Origin: Candidatus Enterousia sp.
GTDB lineage: Bacteria > Pseudomonadota > Alphaproteobacteria > Rs-D84
DNA length: 58,592 nt
NCBI GenBank assembly: GCA_045530935.1
Contig: JAZSDC010000022.1
Location: 1 to 58,592, forward strand
Direction of reading: 5' to 3'
The notes under the pieces were generated by a model that searched no databases, had not been told where the DNA came from, and saw only the letters and a program-made list of their open reading frames with translations. Made by a program: the position numbers and the translations under genes. Of the stretch, positions 1 through 7,367 are shown piece after piece. How positions within the stretch are numbered: position 1 is the first letter of the stretch; each line of letters starts with the position of its first letter.

Positions 1-2
1 TT

Positions 3-329
3 GCAAAAGATATAAGCGATTGTGAATGGCCAAAGCCTAAGTTGCCATCGGGTTTGTGCTGTAACGGTTGTGAAACGCATTGCAAACTTTCTATGCAGTT
101 AAATGTAAGAAGTGGGGATTTTATGCCCGAAAATGGAAGGCAGAACCTTTATGTTAGACCTGTAATATATGCGGGTGGTGTGGAAGCGTATTATTGTGGT
201 TTGGCGGCTGCTAACACTGCAACAATTCTTGAAACAGAAACGATGATTGAAATATGGAATGCAGATCGTTTGTATCAAGACGCTTTGGCGTGGTGTCGTG
301 CAACTTGCAAGCATAGCAAGATGCGTTAA
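3..329 (+). CDS. small cysteine-rich protein, paralog 1 of 3 (5' end runs off the window)
   Basis: Frame is open from nt 3 (..AKDISDCEWPKPKLPSGLCCNGCETHCKLS...AWCRATCKHSKMR*). The TTG at 42 is unlikely to be the start because paralogs 2 and 3 begin about 25 aa before the CC motif. Shares CCxGCxxxC(K/R)LS and a C-terminal CRxxC(K/A)(H/K)SK(M/V)R with 388..660 and 720..1079. Confidence 0.6.
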   Translation, partial: AKDISDCEWPKPKLPSGLCCNGCETHCKLSMQLNVRSGDFMPENGRQNLYVRPVIYAGGVEAYYCGLAAANTATILETETMIEIWNADRLYQDALAWCRATCKHSKMR

Positions 330-358
330 TTTATAAATTTGCGAGGCGAGGGTGTAAA
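327..358. repeat. conserved post-gene spacer taatttataaatttgcgaggcgagggtgtaaa (partial copy of one arm of the 1095..1184 palindromic element)
   Basis: Nearly identical to 658..690. The core ttgcgagg-gag-gtgtaa resembles the right arm ctttgcgagggagtgtgaa of 1095..1184. Confidence 0.6.
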
Positions 359-387
359 TATTTTGTATTTAACAAAAGGGGTATCGT

Positions 388-660
388 ATGTCGTATGAGT
401 ATAAGTTTAATAAAAATTTTTTCTGCCCAAATATATGGCGTAGTGAACCGAGGGCAAAGGAACTTACATCCGATGAATGTTGTGATGGTTGTGAGGAACA
501 CTGTAAGTTAAGTGTTAATTCCGCTTTTTGGTACGGCCATGTTGAGATGATGGCAAATGATAAGATGGTCTTGACTGTAAAGGGCAGCGGGAGAGAAAAC
601 GATTTAAAAGCACTACTTATGTATTGCAGAAAAAGCTGTGCAAAAAGCAAGATGCGGTAA
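388..660 (+). CDS. small cysteine-rich protein, paralog 2 of 3
   Basis: ATG preceded by aaaagggg SD. Starts MSYEYKF; contains CCDGCEEHCKLS and ends YCRKSCAKSKMR*. No signal peptide visible. Confidence 0.6.
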   Translation: MSYEYKFNKNFFCPNIWRSEPRAKELTSDECCDGCEEHCKLSVNSAFWYGHVEMMANDKMVLTVKGSGRENDLKALLMYCRKSCAKSKMR

Positions 661-690
661 TTTATAAATTTGCGGAGGCGAGGGTGTAAA
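658..690. repeat. conserved post-gene spacer (second copy)
   Basis: taatttataaatttgcggaggcgagggtgtaaa; differs from 327..358 by one extra g. Confidence 0.6.
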
Positions 691-719
691 GGTCTAACAA
701 TTGAAAAAAAGGATGTGTT

Positions 720-1079
720 ATGTCGTATGAACGTAATTATAAAAAAGGCAAGAAAGATGTTCTTGATCGTTATGAAAAAAGGCCTGAGTTGGCATCAGGT
801 TTGTGTTGTGATGGGTGTGATAAATTTTGCCGATTGTCTTTGACTTTGCAAGTTAAAGAAACACCTTTTAAACCAAGAAGTGGGAATCAAAAGTTTCTGG
901 TTAAACCTGTTATGTTTGTTGGAGATAAGAAGTTGTATGATGTTGCTGCATATGCGAGTCGTTGTGTTTGCTATCCAAGCGGTATTGAGATTGATTTTTT
1001 TTCTCGTAATGCAGAAGCACTTTATCAAACCGCCTTGGCATGGTGCAGAGTGACTTGCAAGCACAGCAAAGTGCGGTAA
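720..1079 (+). CDS. small cysteine-rich protein, paralog 3 of 3
   Basis: ATG preceded by aaaggatg SD. Starts MSYERNY; contains SGLCCDGCDKFCRLS and ends ALAWCRVTCKHSKVR*. Aligns along its length with paralog 1. Confidence 0.65.
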   Translation: MSYERNYKKGKKDVLDRYEKRPELASGLCCDGCDKFCRLSLTLQVKETPFKPRSGNQKFLVKPVMFVGDKKLYDVAAYASRCVCYPSGIEIDFFSRNAEALYQTALAWCRVTCKHSKVR

Positions 1080-1094
1080 TGCGGAATACATAGG

Positions 1095-1184
1095 ACTGGA
1101 TTGCCACGGATACGCCTCGCAATGACAAAGGTGTTTAAGAACCCTGTCTTTGCGAGGGAGTGTGAACGACCGTAGCAATCCAGT
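1095..1184. repeat. imperfect palindromic REP/MITE-like element
   Basis: Left arm is actggattgccacgg..cctcgcaatgaca. The reverse complement of the right arm is actggattgctacgg..cctcgcaaagaca. It belongs to the ggattgc...cgcaatgac type of dispersed hairpin repeat seen in several intracellular and host-associated bacteria. Confidence 0.6.
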
Positions 1185-1376
1185 AAATAGAAGCAAATTA
1201 TAAATCTTGATTTTGGGGGAAAATAGTTTTATCATGTCTGCCATGATGATGTTTGGTTATTTCTTTACTACAACTACTACAACCCCTTTGGGGGTGTAAT
1301 TTCTATTGCGATAAATCGCACAACTTTCTATAATTAAATAACTAATCAAATACAAAGTAAAACTAAGGATTTTATT

Positions 1377-3110
1377 ATGTCTTATCCAATTGAAACGATT
1401 CGTCATTCGTTGGCTCATGTGTTGGCGGGGGCTGTTAAAAAATTACACCCTGATGTTAAGTTCGCAGGTGGACCGGCGATTGAAAACGGTTTTTATTATG
1501 ATTTTGATACGGAATATCGTTTTTCCGAAGACGATTTTGCAAAAATCGAAAAGGAAATGCGGGATTTAATCAAATCAAATGGACGTTTCGAACAAAGAAA
1601 TGTCAGTTTAGATGAAGCAAAGGAAATCTTTGCTGACCAACCATACAAAATGGAATGGTTGAACGAATATGATGCCAAAGGTGAAGATTTATCAATCTAT
1701 ACTTTCCGTGATTTCGTTGATCTGTGTCGTGGACCTCATGTGGAAAGTTCCAAAGACCTGCCAAGGGACGCATTCAAGATTCGCAGTGTGGCCGGTGCAT
1801 ACTGGAAGGGTGATGCAAAAAATAAAATGTTGCAACGTATCTATGTTGATGCATTTGCAAGCAAAGAAGAACTGGATAATTTCTTGAAAATGCAGGAAGA
1901 AGCCGCCGCACGTGATAATAGAAAACTGGGCAAGGATATGGACTTGTTTCATTTCGAACCAGAATATGCACCAGGGTCGGTGTTCTGGCACGATAAAGGA
2001 TACAAAATGTATCGCAGATTGATAGAATATGTTCGGTTGCGTCAAGAAAAAGCCGGATATCAGGAAATTTCTACACCTGCGGTTATGGACAGATGTTTGT
2101 GGGAACGGTCTGGACACTGGGCAAAGTATGGTGAACACAACTATTCTGGGAAAACACAAGATGGTAAAGTGTTCTGCATTAAACCTATGTCTTGTCCAGG
2201 GGGGATGTTGGTGTTCGGACACGGGCTGCGTTCATATAAAGATTTGCCGTTGTATATGGCCGAATTCGGCAAGGTGCACCGCTATGAGGCAGCAGGGGGA
2301 TTGTCTGGGTTGATGCGTGTGCGTGAATTTACCCAAGATGATGCTCATATTTTCTGCACAGAAGAACAATTGGAAGAAGAAGTTGTAAAGATTCTGCGTT
2401 TTATCAAAGATATTTATGGCAAGTTCGGATTTGATAAAATTACAATGAAACTTGCAACCAGAAAAGAATCTGAATTTAGAATCGGCAGTGATGAAATTTG
2501 GGACAAAGCCGAAGGGGCATTGAAACATGCACTGGATGCAAATGGTATCGAATATGAAATCGCCGAAGGTGATGCCGCATTCTATGGACCAAAAATTGAT
2601 AACTATCTGAAAGATTCTATGGGACGTGTATGGCAGTGTGGAACGGTGCAGTTGGATATGAATCTGCCGGAAAGATTTGATTTGTCTTATGTCGGTGAAG
2701 ATGGTGAAAAGCATCGCCCAATTATGTTGCATCGTGCAATGTTGGGGTCTATTGAACGCTTTATGGGTGTGTTGTTGGAATCCACGGGTGGTAATTTGCC
2801 ATTGTGGTTAAGCCCAGAACCCGTTGTCGTGACACCAATTTCACAAAAGTATGCAGATTATGCAAACGAAGTTGTCGAGGAATTACGTAGTGTTGGTGTG
2901 AATACACGTGCGGATTTGAGAGACGAAAAAGTGAACTATAAAATTCGTGAACTGTCGTTGGCAAAAACACCAATCGTTGCAGTTGTCGGGGAAAAAGAAA
3001 TGGCAGACAAAACCGTCACTTTGCGTCGTTTGGGTGAACAGAAACAGGAAACTTTGCCACTGTCAGAATTTGTGAAAATGATGCAAGATAGTGTCAAGAT
3101 GCCGTTGTAA
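1377..3110 (+). CDS. thrS: threonine--tRNA ligase (lacks the N-terminal TGS domain)
   Basis: IRHSLAHVL..NGFYYDFD editing-domain start, class II motifs (FRDFVDLCRGPH, MRVREFTQDDAHIF, GPKID), and a C-terminal anticodon-binding region. 577 aa. Confidence 0.95.
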   Translation: MSYPIETIRHSLAHVLAGAVKKLHPDVKFAGGPAIENGFYYDFDTEYRFSEDDFAKIEKEMRDLIKSNGRFEQRNVSLDEAKEIFADQPYKMEWLNEYDAKGEDLSIYTFRDFVDLCRGPHVESSKDLPRDAFKIRSVAGAYWKGDAKNKMLQRIYVDAFASKEELDNFLKMQEEAAARDNRKLGKDMDLFHFEPEYAPGSVFWHDKGYKMYRRLIEYVRLRQEKAGYQEISTPAVMDRCLWERSGHWAKYGEHNYSGKTQDGKVFCIKPMSCPGGMLVFGHGLRSYKDLPLYMAEFGKVHRYEAAGGLSGLMRVREFTQDDAHIFCTEEQLEEEVVKILRFIKDIYGKFGFDKITMKLATRKESEFRIGSDEIWDKAEGALKHALDANGIEYEIAEGDAAFYGPKIDNYLKDSMGRVWQCGTVQLDMNLPERFDLSYVGEDGEKHRPIMLHRAMLGSIERFMGVLLESTGGNLPLWLSPEPVVVTPISQKYADYANEVVEELRSVGVNTRADLRDEKVNYKIRELSLAKTPIVAVVGEKEMADKTVTLRRLGEQKQETLPLSEFVKMMQDSVKMPL

Positions 3111-3160
3111 AATAATGGGGCAGGGTATCTGCCCCATAAAAATAAAGAAAGGGGGAAATT

Positions 3161-3304
3161 ATGAAAAAAATTATGTTGGTATTGGCTTGGTTGGTGGTGC
3201 CAGTGATGTTGACCGCATGTGCCAGCAAGTGCGAGGTCGAACCAATCGTTGAAGAAAATCATAAATTGATTGTGCCACCAAACTTTGGACAGATGCCAAA
3301 ATAA
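3161..3304 (+). CDS. small lipoprotein (47 aa), possibly DUF3035/BamF-like
   Basis: gggggaaatt SD then ATG. MKKIMLVLAWLVVPVMLTAC has a lipobox; LIVPPNFGQMPK tail. Too short for the ORF track. Confidence 0.5.
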   Translation: MKKIMLVLAWLVVPVMLTACASKCEVEPIVEENHKLIVPPNFGQMPK

Positions 3305-3315
3305 TCATAAAAAAT

Positions 3316-3341
3316 AAAAAACGACCTTGGTCGTTTTTTTT
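3316..3341 (+). terminator. rho-independent terminator
   Basis: Stem aaaaacgac / loop cttg / gtcgttttt, followed by a T-run. Confidence 0.65.
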
Positions 3342-3352
3342 ATTGTAACGAT

Positions 3353-3381
3353 TTGGTTATTGGCTTTTTTTATGATATAAT
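3353..3381 (+). promoter_or_regulatory. sigma70-like promoter (TTGGTT-17-TATAAT)
   Basis: -35 at 3353..3358, 17-nt spacer, -10 TATAAT at 3376..3381, upstream of the SPOR gene. Confidence 0.4.
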
Positions 3382-3409
3382 GTTCGTATCAATGTAGGGA
3401 GATTGTATT

Positions 3410-4204
3410 ATGAATGATGATAATTTGGATTTATTAGATTTAGGTGATGAATCAACGTTGGATTCTTTGCCCGAGGCATCGCCTTTTGCATCGCCACGTC
3501 CAAAAAAACCATGGTTGTTGATGACGGTTGGATTGGTCGTTATCGTGTTGGCGACCTATGTCATTATTCGCACAATTGGTGGGGATTCTTCGTCTTCGAT
3601 AGAAGTTGATTTAGATGCACCTGCCGTGGTTGTTGATGGACAACAGGGGGTGCCAGTTGATATGAATGTTATGCCACCGGCACCAAATCAGGTTCAGGTT
3701 GCTCCACAGCCGGTCGCACAGCCACAACCTCAGCCACAGCCGGTTGCACAACCTGTGGCAAAACCACAGCCAGTCGCACAGCCGCAACCTGCACAACAGA
3801 CCGCAGGGGTGCCGGTGCGTGTCGTAGAAGAAAGAAAAGAAGTGACATTTAATCCAAATGCCGAGACACCAAAGCCGGTGGCAAAACCAACACCAAAGCC
3901 ACAGCCAAAACCGGTTGCAAAAAAGCCAGCGGTTCAGAAAACTGCCAGTTCGGCACCAGCAGGGTCTTGGTATGTTCAATTCGGATCATACAGCACACGG
4001 GCATTGGCAGAAAATGCACAACGGCAGATTCGTAATGCTCACCCAAGTTTGTTCCAAGGAAAACAGTTTGTTATCTTGGCTGCACAGTTGAAAAATGGAA
4101 CAACAACATATCGTTTGCGTGTTGCGTTCAAGACATCGGCGGATGCAAATGGATTCTGTCGCAATGCAAAATCCGATGGTTTGGATTGCTATGTCGCAAA
4201 ATAA
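3410..4204 (+). CDS. SPOR domain-containing membrane protein with Pro/Gln-rich linker
   Basis: TM segment (WLLMTVGLVVIVLATYVII), a PQPVAQP repeat linker, and a C-terminal SPOR-like WYVQFGSYSTRALAENA...YRLRV. Confidence 0.8.
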   Translation: MNDDNLDLLDLGDESTLDSLPEASPFASPRPKKPWLLMTVGLVVIVLATYVIIRTIGGDSSSSIEVDLDAPAVVVDGQQGVPVDMNVMPPAPNQVQVAPQPVAQPQPQPQPVAQPVAKPQPVAQPQPAQQTAGVPVRVVEERKEVTFNPNAETPKPVAKPTPKPQPKPVAKKPAVQKTASSAPAGSWYVQFGSYSTRALAENAQRQIRNAHPSLFQGKQFVILAAQLKNGTTTYRLRVAFKTSADANGFCRNAKSDGLDCYVAK

Positions 4205-4220
4205 TTAAAAGGAGCCAAAA

Positions 4221-4406
4221 ATGAGATTAGGTTGGTTGGAAATTCTGCTGATTGTTCTGTTGGTGTTCTTGTTGTTTGGAACCAAAAGAATATCTGCGGT
4301 TTTGGGGGATTTTGCCAAAGGAATCAAGACGTTCAAAAAAGAACTGAAAGATGATGATAAAAAAGTGGCAAAAAGTAGCCCCAGAAAAAAGTCAGCAAAG
4401 AAATAA
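4221..4406 (+). CDS. tatA: twin-arginine translocase subunit TatA/E
   Basis: MRLGWLEILLIVLLVFLLFGTKRI..GIKTFKKE signature. 61 aa. Confidence 0.85.
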   Translation: MRLGWLEILLIVLLVFLLFGTKRISAVLGDFAKGIKTFKKELKDDDKKVAKSSPRKKSAKK

Positions 4407-4408
4407 AG

Positions 4409-4436
4409 AAATCCCCCGTTTGGGGGATTTTTTTTA
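4409..4436. terminator. bidirectional hairpin terminator between tatA and the dksA-like gene
   Basis: aatccccc / gttt / gggggatt with a T-run after and A-rich sequence before. Confidence 0.65.
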
Positions 4437-4865
4437 ACCACGACGTTGTTCGTATTCTTCTTGTTCTTCAACCGTCATTGTTGCCAAGGGACGGGCCATC
4501 AGGCGTTTGATACCGATTTCGTCACCAGATACAACACTGTATCCATAGGTGCCGTTTTCAATCCTGTCCAGGGCCGCATTGATTTTCTGCAACAATTTAT
4601 TATTACGTTCGGATATACGCAGGTCCATTGTTATGTCCTGGTTATAGGTCGCATTGTCCGATTCGTCGCCAACACCGGCGTTGTTTGTTTTTTCCGCCAG
4701 ACGAACCGCATTTAAAACACTATCACGTTCACTTATCAATTCTTCTTTTTGGGTCGTTAAAACGTGATAGAAATATGCCAAGTGCATTGGGCACATGTAG
4801 GGTTCGTTCTTTTTCGGTGTATATCTTGACGGTAATTCAATCGTCTTGTAATTTTCAGTTGCCAT
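4434..4865 (-). CDS. dksA: DksA/TraR-family RNA polymerase-binding protein without zinc-finger cysteines
   Basis: Coiled-coil tip DESDNA (DxxDxA). C-terminal YGYSVVSGDEIGIKRLMARPLATMTVEEQ aligns with YGxCxxCGxxIxxxRLxxxPxxxxCxxC, but all four Cys are replaced. Confidence 0.75.
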   Translation of the reverse strand: MATENYKTIELPSRYTPKKNEPYMCPMHLAYFYHVLTTQKEELISERDSVLNAVRLAEKTNNAGVGDESDNATYNQDITMDLRISERNNKLLQKINAALDRIENGTYGYSVVSGDEIGIKRLMARPLATMTVEEQEEYEQRRG

Positions 4866-5178
4866 TGTTTAATTCCTTTACCCAGTCAATCAATGTGTCG
4901 CCGTCCATTAGGCCGGTGCGTGCCTCGACCAAATCGCCGTTCTTGAAGGCAAGAACGCATGGAATACTGCGAATGCCATATTTCGCAGGGGTGCGTCGAT
5001 TCGTTTCATCAATCTCGAACTTTATAAAGTTCACGTCCGATAATTTGTCAGATGTTTCTTCGAATATAGGACCAAACATACGGCAGGGACCACACCAGGC
5101 AGCCCAAAAGTCAACCAGCGTTATGCCAGTGCCAATCATTTCTGCAAATGTTTCATCGTTCGCGTGTTTAACAGCCAT
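4855..5178 (-). CDS. trxA: thioredoxin
   Basis: WAAWCGPCRM active site. 107 aa. Confidence 0.9.
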   Translation of the reverse strand: MAVKHANDETFAEMIGTGITLVDFWAAWCGPCRMFGPIFEETSDKLSDVNFIKFEIDETNRRTPAKYGIRSIPCVLAFKNGDLVEARTGLMDGDTLIDWVKELNNGN

Positions 5179-5199
5179 CTTTTCCCCCTTGGATATTTA

Positions 5200-5227
5200 T
5201 TGATATTTGGCATAACTTTATTATAAT
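5200..5227 (+). promoter_or_regulatory. sigma70-like promoter (TTGATA-16-TATAAT) for the suf genes
   Basis: -35 at 5200..5205 and -10 at 5222..5227 in the trxA/sufS divergent spacer. Confidence 0.4.
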
Positions 5228-5236
5228 CGCCGTAAA

Positions 5237-6346
5237 ATGCAAGAGAAAAACAAAATGAATAAAATCATATATTTAGACACTGCTGCATCAATGCAAAAAC
5301 CACAGCAGGTAATCCAAAATATGGCGGATTTTCTGGGGAAAAAGTATGCTAATGCCGGTCGGGGGGTGTGCGAACGGGCCACAAATGTTGATAAAATGAT
5401 TGATGGGGCACGTAATTCGGTGGCTGACTTTATCGGTGCAGATAAATCACAGATTGTCTGGACAGGGGGGGCAACAGATGCATTGAACCGAATCGCAAAT
5501 ATAGTTGGGGTGGATAAAAATACGGTTGTGGGGGTGTCTGATTTAGATCATCACAGTGCACGTTTGCCGTTCGTGGCGTGTGGCGGGCAGGTGGTGGTGT
5601 GTCCACTGGACAATACGTTGAATATAGACGTAAAAAAAATACCACAGGTTGATGTATTGATTGTCAGTGCGATGTCTAATGTGATTGGGGTTGCACAAGA
5701 TGTGCAAAATATTGTTCGCAAGGCACGTGAAAAAAATCCAAATGTTATTGTGGTGGTAGATGCAACACAATTTGTTGTTCACTGTGATATAAATGTAAAA
5801 TTGTGGGATGCGGATTTTGTTGTGTTTTCTGGACATAAAATCGGTGCGGATACCGGGGTGGGGGTAATGTATATGAAGGAACCCTGTCGGTGGAGGCCTG
5901 ATAAATTCGGTGGCGGAATGGTCAAGGTTGTAAATGATGACAATTCATGGGTGGCGGTGGATGTGCCAGAATGCTTTGAGGCGGGAACGTTGCCTTTGAC
6001 ACAGATTTCGGGGTTGGTGGTTGCAATAGATTGTCTGAAAAAGAAACGGCCTGATTTGGGATTGATTAAATATATGTATGATGAATTGCAAAAAAACAAA
6101 CGTGTGAAAATTATTTCGCCACGTGATGCGTCGTTGTTGACGTTTGTCATAGATGATATGCATGTGTTGGATTTTGGTGCGTTGGTTGGGGCAGGTGGTG
6201 TGTGTCTGCGTGTGGGGAATATGTGTGCGTCTTGGATTCATAAGTATTTGCAAATCCCAGGTTCGGTGCGTATATCGGTTGGACCACAAAATACAGAAGA
6301 TGAAATAAAAAGGGCCTTGGAAATTATAAAAGGTGTTGTGAAATGA
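5237..6346 (+). CDS. sufS: cysteine desulfurase (class V aminotransferase, SufS-like)
   Basis: FSGHKIGADTGVGVMYM PLP-lysine motif, RVGNMCASW catalytic Cys, and sufT/sufE immediately downstream. Start could instead be 5255 (MNKIIYLD). Confidence 0.85.
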   Translation: MQEKNKMNKIIYLDTAASMQKPQQVIQNMADFLGKKYANAGRGVCERATNVDKMIDGARNSVADFIGADKSQIVWTGGATDALNRIANIVGVDKNTVVGVSDLDHHSARLPFVACGGQVVVCPLDNTLNIDVKKIPQVDVLIVSAMSNVIGVAQDVQNIVRKAREKNPNVIVVVDATQFVVHCDINVKLWDADFVVFSGHKIGADTGVGVMYMKEPCRWRPDKFGGGMVKVVNDDNSWVAVDVPECFEAGTLPLTQISGLVVAIDCLKKKRPDLGLIKYMYDELQKNKRVKIISPRDASLLTFVIDDMHVLDFGALVGAGGVCLRVGNMCASWIHKYLQIPGSVRISVGPQNTEDEIKRALEIIKGVVK

Positions 6347-6654
6347 TAAGTCGGGATAACGTAATTGCGGTATTGAAAACTGTCTATGACCCAGAAATAC
6401 CTGTGGATATTTGGGAGTTGGGACTGATATATGATATCGAAATTAAAGATGACGAGATTGTAATAAAAATGACCTTTACCAGTCCAACGTGTCCGATGAT
6501 GGAAGAAATGTTGGAACAGGTTAAAAATGCGGTCCAAAATATCGCAGGTGAAATACCTGTGCGGGTTGAACTGGTATGGGATCCGCCATGGGATTTGTCC
6601 AAGATGTCGGATGTGGCACGGTTGGAACTGGATTTGACTGAACAGGGGTGGTGA
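6343..6654 (+). CDS. sufT: SUF Fe-S assembly protein SufT (DUF59/MIP18 family)
   Basis: VYDPEIPVDIWELGLIYDI..TFTSPTCPM signature. Overlaps the sufS stop. Confidence 0.85.
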   Translation: MISRDNVIAVLKTVYDPEIPVDIWELGLIYDIEIKDDEIVIKMTFTSPTCPMMEEMLEQVKNAVQNIAGEIPVRVELVWDPPWDLSKMSDVARLELDLTEQGW

Positions 6655-7022
6655 TTGATATGACATATGAACAGATGAAAAGCACACTTGAAATGATTGA
6701 CAATCCTGTTGAAAAATTAGAAATGGTGATGGATTTTGGAAAAAATCTGGAACAGGTGCCACAGAACGCCGTGTGTAGTGAAATTTTAGGATGTGCATCA
6801 CAGGTGGAAATTTGTGTTCGTGGTGGGGATTTGTTTGCACGTGCCGATTCGGCATTGGTGCGTGGTGTGGTCGCAATTCTGATTGAAATGGTGCGGGGAA
6901 AAACACCACAAGAAATTAAACAGATGGATTTGTATGGAGAATTTAATTCGCTGGATATCAATTTGGGGGCGGGTAGATTAAATGGATTAAATTCTATGAT
7001 TCGTTTTTTGCAGAATTTGTGA
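6648..7022 (+). CDS. sufE: cysteine desulfuration protein SufE
   Basis: ILGCASQVEI active-site Cys context. 124 aa. Overlaps the sufT end. Confidence 0.8.
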   Translation: MVIDMTYEQMKSTLEMIDNPVEKLEMVMDFGKNLEQVPQNAVCSEILGCASQVEICVRGGDLFARADSALVRGVVAILIEMVRGKTPQEIKQMDLYGEFNSLDINLGAGRLNGLNSMIRFLQNL

Positions 7023-7052
7023 TACACTGTATGGGAATAATAAACGGGACGT

Positions 7053-7367
7053 GTGGCAGAGATGAATGACGAAGAAAAAATGTATCATATAGGTTGGTGG
7101 ATACTGGGGACGGCGGTGTTCCTGACGGTCGTGTTGCAGGTTCTTTACCGCAGTCAGAATAGTGCAAGAAACTATGTCAGGGCGGAAATCGTGCGTGTGC
7201 AACAAGATACCGCAGATGCAATTACCAAGTTTGAAGGATTGAAAAGACCAGAAATATTAAGAAATCTGGTGGGGTTGGTGGTGCCAGATGCAACCGCAAT
7301 CGGGTTCGGAAAACATATTTCAATAGATGATTTGCCAGAAAGAAAAGACAGCAAGGTAGATGATTAA
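7053..7367 (+). CDS. ftsL: FtsL-like cell division membrane protein
   Basis: Single TM segment (IGWWILGTAVFLTVVLQVLY) then a helical segment. Sits immediately upstream of, and overlaps, ftsI. Confidence 0.5.
   Translation: MAEMNDEEKMYHIGWWILGTAVFLTVVLQVLYRSQNSARNYVRAEIVRVQQDTADAITKFEGLKRPEILRNLVGLVVPDATAIGFGKHISIDDLPERKDSKVDD

Noticed and set aside
42-329. TTG start at 42 for the first Cys-rich ORF.
   Set aside because: The frame stays open back to nt 3, and the paralogs begin about 25 aa before the CC motif. The gene is more likely truncated by the window edge.
1230-1376. Possible thrS leader or operator structure (ctacaactactacaacccctttgggggtg).
   Set aside because: Only a 5-bp stem (acccc/ggggt) is visible, and there is no convincing tRNA-Thr anticodon-arm mimic or T-box features by eye.
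3117-3135. Hairpin ggggcag/ctgcccc right after the thrS stop as a terminator.
   Set aside because: No U-tract follows; the downstream sequence is A-rich. The small lipoprotein gene 25 nt downstream may be co-transcribed. The convincing terminator is at 3316..3341.
3690-3960. Repetitive CAGCC(A/G)... tract that could look like a repeat array.
   Set aside because: It is in frame within the SPOR protein and encodes a PQPVAQP/KP linker. There is no repeat-spacer architecture, so it is not a CRISPR array.
6238-6909. Long antisense ORFs in the supplied track: 6238..6909(-), 7222..7896(-), 8610..9278(-), 10252..10878(-), 13625..14251(-), 42899..43528(-), 44559..45131(-), 52802..53362(-).
   Set aside because: Each lies entirely opposite or overlapping a gene with clear family motifs (suf, ftsI, recJ, M23 peptidase, asmA, dnaN and so on). 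Their translations are low-complexity or His/Pro/Cys-rich shadow sequence with no SD or motif.
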